From positions 70,372 to 109,893 of the forward strand of contig NW_008246107.1 in the NCBI RefSeq assembly GCF_000281045.1: a DNA stretch of 39,522 nt. Direction: 5' to 3'. The number at the start of each line of letters is the position of its first letter. The stretch's first letter is position 1. This document shows positions 20,680-34,004 of this stretch, in pieces. This DNA is from Saprolegnia diclina VS20 (lineage: Eukaryota). The position numbers and the translations under genes are program-made. The notes beneath the pieces are model-generated. The model was not told the DNA's origin, did no database searches, and worked only from the letters and a program-made list of their open reading frames with translations.

Positions 20680-22452
20680 ATGCCAAGCTCACCGAAGCTT
20701 GCTCTCGCCGACGACGGGTACGTCTTGCGGTGTGTGCCCACGCTCGTACCAGGCCACGGCACGGACCTCCTGGTCGGCTTTGTGTCGCCCATCCCGCTTC
20801 AAGGCCAAGTCTTTGCAAACGAGGTCCATATAGTGCTGCTCGAGCCGACTCTCGACGGTGACGCCGGCCGCTACCGCCGGCGCGACGCACCACATGTCGT
20901 GCACATCTACACGTACGACGCCGAGCTCGACGACGACGATCGCGCGGGCAGTCGGCTCGAGATGGCCTTCTTGCCGACGGACCCGACAGCATTGATTGCT
21001 TGGACATGGGATGCGCCGACGCTGTACAAGCTGCGCGTCGACGCTCGCCGCGGCGTGTTCATCGAATCCCGCCGCGACCTCGGGTTCCGGCCTGTCCGAA
21101 AGGCCAACTTTGGGCTCGGCATGTACTTCACGCGCGATGGTCGCTTTGTGCACCTCGTGTCGACGTGTCCGTGGGACGACTACCAGTTTGATGCGCACTC
21201 GCTGCAGCTGCTGCAGCGCACCCGGTCATGTCCGTGGCCGTACGCGTCGATCTCGTACGTCGGCTACTCGAACCAAGTGCTCGTCGCAGGCGACGCGATC
21301 GGCGCGCTCGTGGCTCTCGAGCTCAACAGCCGGTCGTTCCTTGGACTGCAGCTCCCGAGCGGCGACCACTTGCACATTTCACTCGGGGCGACGCAGCTCA
21401 GTCTCGTGCCATACTATAACAATGGACGCTTTGCACTGAGTGCGACCGCGCTCCACGAGAAGCGTCGCTACCACGGCGTCTTCCGGGACATTTGGCACCT
21501 TCTCGAGATCTCGCCGTTGCAGCTGCAGCCGTGGGTGCACCCGGCCGTGCAGTGGCCAACCACCGCCGACGGTGATTTCAACAACGACGACGACGACGCG
21601 GCACTGGCACCGGTGGAGGCCACGCCGACAATCACGTATGCTCTAGCGGTCGATCTCCCGGACGCGCCGTGGGTCGAGGTGACCGCGTCGAGTCCCAGCA
21701 CGCATTATCTGCGCTGCAGCCCGCTGTGCATCGACGGCGACATGTACCAGCTGGACATTGTCCGTCCGCACACGGCCTTGATTCGTCACCCGCTCTCCAA
21801 CGCGTGCGTGCATGTGCTCCAGTACAACGAGTACGACGACATTGAGATCCTCCATGTGCTCAGCCGCGGCAGAGTCCTGTCGTGGACCAGTCGCTTTCTG
21901 CTAGCAAGCGCGCCACTGCAACTCGCGACGCCCATGGTCTATAAACCCATTGGTAATGGCATCCTTCCGACCGACGATGCCGTGTTCCAAGCCGCAGCTT
22001 TCCACTATGCCGACGACCGCCTCATGCACTCGGCATTCGGCGTGCTCGGGTCGCATACACTCGGTATGGTGCTCTCGGCCGGGTACCTTTGCCTCGCTGA
22101 TTTGCTGGTGCTGCTGCGCGAGCTGCCGAGCGTGCGCCGGGAGTGCTTTCGACACGCCGAGATGCGTCGGCGCATGCTGCGCACGCATTATTTAGACTAC
22201 GTCGAGTCGACGTTTTTATGGCCTGACGACGCCGCGCACTTCGAGGCCAAGGCGGCGTCGCTGCTCCTCTTCTTGACGACGATTGACGACGAAGAAGCGT
22301 ACGAGCTCCTCGCGGCATCGGCCTATTTCAAGCTCCGCGGCGAGCGGCGCGACCGGACCCTCGCGCAAGACTACCTCGAGATGCTACCCCCCAAGACGCG
22401 CACGCTGCATGGCAAGAACGGCGACGTGGTCGTTCTAGATGCGTCAACCTAG
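20680..22452 (+). CDS. Hypothetical protein, 590 aa (beta-rich N-terminal part, possible F-box-like helix motif near the C-terminus)
   Basis: Long ORF with GC-ending codon bias. LGSHTLGMVLSAGYLCLADLLVL weakly resembles an F-box. Confidence 0.7.
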   Translation: MPSSPKLALADDGYVLRCVPTLVPGHGTDLLVGFVSPIPLQGQVFANEVHIVLLEPTLDGDAGRYRRRDAPHVVHIYTYDAELDDDDRAGSRLEMAFLPTDPTALIAWTWDAPTLYKLRVDARRGVFIESRRDLGFRPVRKANFGLGMYFTRDGRFVHLVSTCPWDDYQFDAHSLQLLQRTRSCPWPYASISYVGYSNQVLVAGDAIGALVALELNSRSFLGLQLPSGDHLHISLGATQLSLVPYYNNGRFALSATALHEKRRYHGVFRDIWHLLEISPLQLQPWVHPAVQWPTTADGDFNNDDDDAALAPVEATPTITYALAVDLPDAPWVEVTASSPSTHYLRCSPLCIDGDMYQLDIVRPHTALIRHPLSNACVHVLQYNEYDDIEILHVLSRGRVLSWTSRFLLASAPLQLATPMVYKPIGNGILPTDDAVFQAAAFHYADDRLMHSAFGVLGSHTLGMVLSAGYLCLADLLVLLRELPSVRRECFRHAEMRRRMLRTHYLDYVESTFLWPDDAAHFEAKAASLLLFLTTIDDEEAYELLAASAYFKLRGERRDRTLAQDYLEMLPPKTRTLHGKNGDVVVLDAST

Positions 22453-22613
22453 TTGCTGTCGATACCAGGACACTTGAATGTACACAGTGTAAAAACAATA
22501 AAGACTACCGAGCGACGAGCTCATTTTCGTCTCGTAACTAAAGCCAAAATCGATGCCGATGTCGGCGCGAATAGCTAGTACATACTCTATTATAGATTGA
22601 TTGTTGAAAGGAG

Positions 22614-23660
22614 TTAGGTCTGCAACTGTGCGAGATACCACGCCCGCGCCGCCGTCGCAATCGCCTTCTTGACAATTGGACGACAAAGCGTCGACGCATT
22701 CGCTTCGAGCGTGTCGGCTTCTTCGGTTTCGATATCGTGTGTGACCCACTGCACAAAGGCGCCGGTTTGCTTGATGGTAACCTCGAGACCGCGCTCGGCC
22801 AAGACATTGACCCCCTGGCGCAGGCGATTGTCCGAGACGTAGTCCCGCACAAACGCCTCGACACTGGCAACGACGTCCGGTGCAAGCGACGTCGCTGGCG
22901 TCCGCTGGCGACCTCCGCTCGACGACGACGTGAGCGCGTGCTTGTCGCCCTTTGTCTTGAACCAAAACCGAGAGTTGAGCGCGTAGCCGGGCGACGTGCA
23001 CGCCCACACGATGCCTTCGCCTGTGCCCGAGACGCCAAGGGCCTTGGCCGCGGGGCACTCGGCTTCGACGTCGGCGGTCCATGCCTCCAGCTGTGCCTGC
23101 GCCGCATCTGGCGCGTCAAGCGGAATCTCGATCGAGTAGGTGCCAAAGCGCATGATGTGATAGATTCGAGCGTCGGGGTAGTCGACATCATGGAGCAAGT
23201 GCATGTCCAGCCAGCGCCCGTCGACGTTGATAGCAAAGTAGACAAACATCTTTGGGAGTTGCGCGAGAGCGACGCCGCCCTGGATGCTGCCGCCGCACCA
23301 CTCGCCATAGATCGCAATTGAGGCATCGCACGCACAGTTGGTGACGCGGCAAATGGCGGCGTGGAGTTGACGCAGCTCGGTGGCGTGCGACGTCATGGCC
23401 GCTGCAAAGCCCGCGTAGTCTGACGTGACCGAGAGGTCCCGGGACCGCGACTGAAACTGCATCGGGCGATCGCCTTGAAAGACGACAGCAGTGTTCGAGC
23501 CATGCAGCTTGATCGTGCCGGTAAACGTCAGCGTCGGCAGCGGTCGCGTCGTGTCAAAGATCGCGCGGTCGGCTCCAGGATCGCGGCCGACATACTGGAT
23601 GCGCTCAGTGACCGCGGCGACAAGGTGTCGGAACTGCGAAATCGAAGGAAACGGAATCAT
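22614..23660 (-). CDS. ATP-dependent RNA ligase, T4 Rnl2 family
   Basis: Nucleotidyltransferase motifs in order: I KLHGSN (K51), Ia QSRSR, III IYGEWCG, IIIa FVYFAI, IV GEGIVW, V FKTK. A helical C-domain follows. Intronless, 348 aa. Confidence 0.9.
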   Translation of the reverse strand: MIPFPSISQFRHLVAAVTERIQYVGRDPGADRAIFDTTRPLPTLTFTGTIKLHGSNTAVVFQGDRPMQFQSRSRDLSVTSDYAGFAAAMTSHATELRQLHAAICRVTNCACDASIAIYGEWCGGSIQGGVALAQLPKMFVYFAINVDGRWLDMHLLHDVDYPDARIYHIMRFGTYSIEIPLDAPDAAQAQLEAWTADVEAECPAAKALGVSGTGEGIVWACTSPGYALNSRFWFKTKGDKHALTSSSSGGRQRTPATSLAPDVVASVEAFVRDYVSDNRLRQGVNVLAERGLEVTIKQTGAFVQWVTHDIETEEADTLEANASTLCRPIVKKAIATAARAWYLAQLQT

Positions 23661-23935
23661 GGGTCGTTGCGTCTTTGAGGTTGACGTTGAGATTGAGAAA
23701 TTGGGTGCTTCGTCAATGTTGTCGAGAGATCAAAACGACCATCATTGGCCGAAATGCCGTTCAGGATATGGTGAGTGATGGTTAGAAAGGACGCGCTGTT
23801 GCCACACGGACATTCTTGTGGACAAGCATTGGCAGGCTGCGAAATACCACAAGAAAGGTCATCTCGACTTTGATGCGTGCGGTGGTCCAAGTCTTGGTTG
23901 GACGAAGGTGCGCTTGCCCGACCACGCGACGACGA

Positions 23936-24028
23936 GCGCTCACCAGTTGTGTTGCCAGTGGCGCTAACCAGTTGTGTTGCCAGTGGCGCTAACCAGTTGT
24001 GTTGCCAGTGGCGCTGACCAGTTGTGTT
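23936..24028. repeat. 25-bp minisatellite, ~3.7 copies (accagttgtgttgccagtggcgcta)
   Basis: Units start at 23942, 23967, 23992 and 24017, with no spacers. Confidence 0.95.
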
Positions 24029-24244
24029 ACTAGTCGGCACAAATCTCATTATGATAGTAGAGCACAAGACTTTATCACACATGTACTAAACTCATCTAGG
24101 CGTCTACATCCCTCTGCGACTCCACCAAAATCCACTGTAGACTCGAACATTGCGGCGCGATTCCAGTTGCATCAGTAGTCGCACAACCATCTACTAAAAG
24201 TGAAAGTATGCCAGACTTGGTTGCAAAATCGTAGACTTGTGGAT

Positions 24245-25325
24245 CTAGAGCCGTGGTGGACCGTCGTTCATCGGAGGGTACTTGGCGTCCGACGACCCGC
24301 TGCCTCCGTGCCGTTGCTCGTACTACGACGATGAAGTCGATCCACCAAGTCCTTTCTAAGCACGGAGCTACCATGACTTTGCGAATCGCGCCTTGCGTCA
24401 CAGGATCGTAGTCGCTAATGTGCATGGTTGAGTCGACTTTGGTCGTGTCGATCTCGGCGTCGCCCTAAGCAATTACCCGACGCCATTCGAAATTCAATTC
24501 GGCCGACAAGAGATGCGCCAACCTCGAGTACGGACTTCCACCACGTCTTGGGCGTTGCTTTCTCGAGCGACAAGACAACGGCTTCGCTCGAGTCAAGCGA
24601 CCACAGCGACTCTTCGACTTTGATTTTGCCCGGAAACGTGCCGTGGACCAGCGGCGCCTAACCCTCGACACGTTATGCTTCCCACTGGACAATAGGTTGG
24701 CTACGTACACTGTGACCTTTGATGGCGACGTGTACCGACGCACTCGTCATGCGCACGTCGAGGTCTCTCGACTTGGTGCCTGCGGGTACTGGGATCGTCA
24801 CCTACAGGAAGGTCATCCCACAAACCGCACACCCGCTTCTCTCGACGTACCGTGAGTTCTTGCAGCGACTGTGTCCACGAGTACTTGTCCGTTCGCCCAC
24901 CATTGCCTTCCGGTACTAGAGACCAAGGATGCCATGGTGCCATTGCGCAAGAGGGCGGTATGTACCTTGCTTGCCGTCGTCGGTCAGCGCTATCGGGCGG
25001 GTGTCGGGCTGCTGTGTCGGCGGTGGCTGCACCGTCGCGGCCGGCGGCGCACGCACCGGTACAGCATCAAGCGGCTTCATTGGAAAGCGCTGAAACGACT
25101 GGAGCACCTAGGCGTGCGGCTGAGCTACGCAGCGGCGCGGTCGATCGTCGCTACCAGGTTCTGGGCGACGCCGGGTGCAAAGCCCATTTGACGCTGCGGG
25201 TTGTCCGAGACGACGTAGAAGTCGGTGTTGCGGTGCAGGAAGTCGAAGAAGACATGCAGAAGGCCATGGATGCTGCCTTCCTTCTGCACGATGCCCATCA
25301 ATGCGTCGTCGTACCGCGCCTGCAT
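24245..25325 (-). CDS. NudC-family (NudCD3-like) co-chaperone, multi-exon
   Basis: N-terminal LLHVFFDFLHRNTDFY. CS domain pieces GNGGRTDKYSWTQSL, GKIKVEESLWSL, SLEKATPKTWWKSVL and GDAEIDTTKVD, separated by short GT-AG introns. Stop inferred after manual splicing. Confidence 0.85.
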
Positions 25326-25432
25326 GCTGTCAAGATTTTTCGAAAGTGGCACGTCAACCGGATGCTTACGGATACACACGATATCCGTACAACGGGCGCC
25401 AGGAACCGGATGCGTGTTGCGATCTTCCGACG

Positions 25433-29256
<3,824 letters not shown>

Positions 29257-29668
29257 TGAAATGAAGTATATACATGCCATTACGTTATTTCTCAAGGACT
29301 CGCTTCAATGGAGTCCACTGACTAATTGACTAAATGAGGAGTGACGACGCATCGCTGCATTGACGAGCTAAAGGTGATTATAGATGACCTCTTGAAGTTG
29401 AATGACAAGACGTCGAGTACGTGTTGAGCCTTGCAGGCGGTTCGAGTGTACTAGTACTAGTAGTCATGACGACATATTATCGCAAAAGGGCTATCTATAT
29501 TCATTCATTTAAGATCGTTTTACACGCTGTGGTGAGGCCAAGTGCTACAACATCCTCGAATGTCAGGTTGACAAGTCGACCATCCATTATCCTAGTTCTC
29601 AAATCCAACAATCGAACCACAAAGACGATGCGACGGCGGAAGGCAATGTGTCCACGTTACACATGACA

Positions 29669-30383
29669 TTATGCTTGTTGCGTTGGCGCGTCGGGCATTT
29701 TGTACGGATCCGCCTCTTGAAAAGCCGGAAGCGTGGCGAGCGTCGCGGCCACGCGCTGAATATTCGGATATCCGTCGAGGTCGATTGCATAAAACCGGGC
29801 GTTAAACACTTGCGGGTAAAGGACAACGTCGGCGAGCGAGACCGATTCCCCAAAGCAGTAGGTCCCCGCAGTGGTCGCCAAAATGCGCTCGAGCGCTTGA
29901 AAGCCGCGGTGCATCCAGTGCGTTGCCCATGTCATGCTGGCGTCATTGTCGTCGGTTGCAAGCGCTTCGATTTCCTCGAGGACCGCACCGTTTTGAAGCG
30001 GCTGCATGTCGGCGACGATGATGAGGCAAAAGGCGCGGATTTTGGCCCGAAGCGTCACGTCGGGTGGCAGCAGCGACGCGATCGTCGGGCGCGTCTCGTC
30101 GAGGTACTCCAAGATTGCCATCGACTGCGTCAGGATAACGTCGTCGATGCACAACGTCGGTACTTTCTACAGTATAGATGCACACTATAGAGTTGATTTG
30201 GAGACACAAATAGAGTACCTTGCTCGGGTTGAGTGCCACGTACGCCGCCGAGTCAAGGTCGTCGCCGATGCCACGGTACTCGTACGCTATGTGCTTGAGC
30301 GCGAGCGCTATGCGCACGCGGAACGAGCAGCTGCTGCGCCAGTACGAAAACAAAATGGGTTTAGGAGCGTCGCTGTCTTGCAT
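29669..30383 (-). CDS. Zeta-class glutathione S-transferase / maleylacetoacetate isomerase A
   Basis: Exons 30383-30219 and 30166-29669. [38 protein letters not shown]. Confidence 0.93.
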
Positions 30384-30553
30384 ACTAGCCGTCCAAATGC
30401 AAACTGATGTCAAATGTCGTCGGTGATTCGTGGGGCAGACAGACAGGAGGTGGCAAGTTAATCAGCTTCGATCTTCGGTTAATGTTCGGGTCGCTTCGAA
30501 GGTCAAGTTTATCTTGCGTTTTGTATCGTACTTGAGTTCGAAGCAGGTTCAGG

Positions 30554-30584
30554 CAAGGGTCAATAATCAGATTATTGACCCTTG
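30554..30584. repeat. Perfect 31-bp palindrome (15+1+15)
   Basis: caagggtcaataatc-a-gattattgacccttg, ~170 bp upstream of GST A. Confidence 0.9.
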
Positions 30585-31500
30585 GTTCAGGGCAGCGTCA
30601 TGACAAGTTATCGGTTACATGTTTGACGGATGCAAGATTGATTTTGTGCCCTTTATCGCTTTCACAACTTCGTAGCTGAGGAATGAAACGATGCACACGG
30701 AATGAGAGATCGCCCCCGTGGTGGTACTACTGTGCAGAGGATGATGGAGTTGTCGAGGGTAGTCATACGCAGTAAGGACGTTGCCGTCACGTCGTTGCCG
30801 TCGTTCGTGACGTCTGTCTACGCCCCCGGACGACTCTCGGTGTTCCCTCATTCCTCCCAGCACGATATTATTACTAGAGCAAGACCGCGATTCTCGTGCT
30901 CGGGCCATGCCGCCTGTCGCACAGATGGGGTAGTTTCTCGCGCACAGTGATTTTGGCCAAGGCTGAAATGGTTTGTCTAGCCGCCATTTCGCTTGCGATG
31001 TTAGCTTGCCTGCAATAGCAAGATGCAACCGCCAAGATCGAAGACCCAGCTACTAGGCTCATTTGCGGTATGTTCGTCAAGCTCCAACCCAATAAGTCCC
31101 TTCTTGGGTGGTGCCGCCTCCCAACACGATCCCCGCCCGTATTCCAAAGGCTCACGTCCGTTGATGTCCTTGGTCTCCCCGATGCATTTGCGTTGTTGGC
31201 TTCGGACGGAACGGTATGATGTCCCCTAGCTTCGATTTCGTGGTTGGACTATACCATGTGACGGTGACGAAGCGACCACGCGTAGCATACTTTATCTATA
31301 AGTATCTCGTCGCTATAGCAGCGAGGAAGAAGGACGACGGACCCATTGTTCTGTGAGGCGTCGTCGCAAGCACCACAACACGTTTGTATTGGACAAAAAC
31401 CAACACACGCTAGTCCACGGGAGATGGATACGGAGTCCGTATCCACCAAGTTATGCACACATTGTCCATATATTTGGCGACGAAAACGTTTCATCTACGT

Positions 31501-32201
31501 CTACGGCTGCGGGCGGTCGGGCATCGCGTACGGGTCGGCGGCCATGAACGCCGGCTCGGTCGCGAGTCGATCGGCAATGCGCGTAATGTTTGGAAACGCA
31601 CTCAAGTCGACATGGTAGAAGCGCGCGTTGAACACTTGCGGGTACAAGTAGACATCGGCCATCGAGAGGGTGTCGCCAAAGCAGTATGTGCCTGCTGATG
31701 TCACAAGCATCGCTTCGATAGCGCCAAAGCCGCGGGTTACCCAGTGGTCGACCCACGCGAGCTTTGCGGCTTCCGCCTCCTCTTGTGACACGAGCGCACC
31801 AACCTTGCGCAGCGTCGCAAGGTTCTGGAGCGGCTGGATGTCGGCGGCGATCGCCATGCAAAAGGCGCGGACCTTCATACGCTGCTTGGGGTCGGCGGGT
31901 AAAAGCGGGCGCGCCGGGCGTGTCTCGTCCAAGTACTCCAAGATCGCTGTCGACTGCGTCAGCACGTCGTCGTCGAGCAAGAGCGTCGGTACTTTCTACT
32001 GCAACATGTGAGCGGCAAAGTCGAAGGCGTGAGGTCGTCTACCGAGCTCGGGTTCAAGGATGCGTACGCGGCGCCAAAGTTCTCGTTGGTCTGGAGGTTG
32101 ATACCTCGATACTCGTACTCGATACCTTTCCACGCGAGCCCGATCCGCGTCCGGAACGACGCACTGCTCTTCCACGACGAGTAGAGCACGGCGCGCGTCA
32201 T
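31501..32201 (-). CDS. Zeta-class GST / maleylacetoacetate isomerase B
   Basis: Exons 32201-32043 and 31995-31501. [22 protein letters not shown]. Confidence 0.93.
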
Positions 32202-32799
32202 GATCCCTTTTGCAAAATGGCCTTTCTGGATTTTATTTTCGGCACGTTTATATGTGGCATATGCCATATCACGATTCTGTCATTCCACGAGCGGACACGA
32301 TGCGGGCACAGACATATATATGGGGCACATGGACACATTTTGTCCATGCGAAGTACGTAGTAGCTACCAGTGTGTTGGAGTATCTTAAGAGGATCTGGTC
32401 AGTGGCCACTACGTAAATGCTGGTGTGAACGGCCTATTAACATCGGCAGATGCCATTGTTAATATTCTATATGGCCGAATAAGATGGCGCGTCCACGAAG
32501 GAACACGCTGGAAGCTGAAGCATGCCGATGTCTGCTGCTGTCCTTTCGTCACCAATGCAATGTAGCGAATATATAGGAATGACGTGCGCCGACTCTCTAG
32601 TAACTCGTCTTTGCTTGTGTATCGACAGTCAATAGGAATTCCTTGCGAGTTTGTTAGTATGCAACCATGCAACTGGCACTACGACAAGAGGCTGCAAAAA
32701 CCGAAAAGCATTAACTGGATCAAAATAGTTTGGTCAACTTGACGCCTCGAGCTATGTCCATCAAGTCACAATCGGGGACTTGAACCACTCGTCGAGTAC

Positions 32800-33499
32800 T
32801 CACTCGTCCGTCTTGTCGGGCATGTTGATCGGGTGCGCGGCGATGAACTCAGGCTCGTTCTGGAGCGTCGCCGCTATGCGAGTGATGTTTGGAAACGGCA
32901 TCATGTCGACGTGAAAGGCCTTTGCGTTGTTGGCTTGCGGCAGGAGGAAGAGGTCGGCCATCGTGATTGCATTGCCGACGCAGTAGCTCCCCGCAGTCTC
33001 TTCGAGGATGCCTTCGACCGCGAGGAAGCCGCGCTGGATCCAGTGCTGCGCCCACTCGCGCTTCCGCGTCGCTTTGCTCTCCGTGTGGCGCGCCACCTCG
33101 CGCAGCACCGCCATGTTTTGCAGCGGCTGGATGTCGGCGCCGATGATGCCGCACATGGCGCGGATCTGCGCGCGGACCGCGGGGTCGGACGGCAAGAGCG
33201 GGCGATGCGGACGGGTCTCCTCGAGGTACTCGAGGATCGCGGGCGACTGTGTCAGCACGAGGCCGTCAATCACAAGCGTCGGTACTTTCTACTCGACGCA
33301 AAGTGCAATCTCCAATCTAAGCACTCAGCTCGTAGTGTACCTGATTGAGGTTGAGTTGCCGGTACTCGCTGGCTTCGTTCTCGCGGTTGAAGATGTTGAC
33401 GGGCTGGTAGTCGTACTCGATGCCCTTCCACGCGAGCGCAATGCGCACGCGGTACGACGCGCTGCTCTTCCAGAACGAGTAGAGCACCGGGCGGCCCAT
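32800..33499 (-). CDS. Zeta-class GST / maleylacetoacetate isomerase C
   Basis: Exons 33499-33341 and 33288-32800. [22 protein letters not shown]. Confidence 0.93.
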
Positions 33500-34004
33500 C
33501 GATGGACGTTCGTTGTGGGTTCTGAACCTGCCTCATTGTGATTGGCGATATTTCAACCAATGAAAAGCAGCGAATCCGGGAGCTGTCCAACTTCAAGTGC
33601 CGAGGCTGTCTCAGTCCACACCATGTGCGGCAACGACATCACGACATGATGGCACGGTTCGCAAGGCCGTACAAGCTGCGGTCAGCTCTGGACTTGTACA
33701 GAGTGGTTTAGATCGAGCGGTAGTACACTGCGCAACATGACTGGACCCGAGATGACCCAACCTCCATCGCATCTACTAGTAAACTTAACATACAGCTTTG
33801 CTGAACCCTGTCATTGTGTATCTAGGTTGCTTCAACGTCGCCGCCACAAACAACACGTCGTGTTGATCCTAGATGCCATGAACCTAGGTTCGAACCCGGT
33901 CCCATGTATCGGCTATCCATGATAGATGGGCAGGATGCGCAGCGACGATGTGCCCGTGACGGTCACACAAGGTGCCACTCCTTCATACTCTAAATTGCTC
34001 TTTC

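Noticed and set aside
23936..24028. CRISPR-like array
   Set aside because: The repeats are contiguous with no spacers, there are no cas genes, and the context is eukaryotic.
25175..25432. Upstream extension of the PI3K ORF
   Set aside because: It starts at a non-ATG codon and overlaps the first NudC exon on the opposite strand; ATG 25433 is more plausible.
32328..32348. CATGGACA-N5-TGTCCATG palindrome upstream of GST B as another copy of the array motif
   Set aside because: It shares only GGACA/TGTCC with different spacing, and occurs once.
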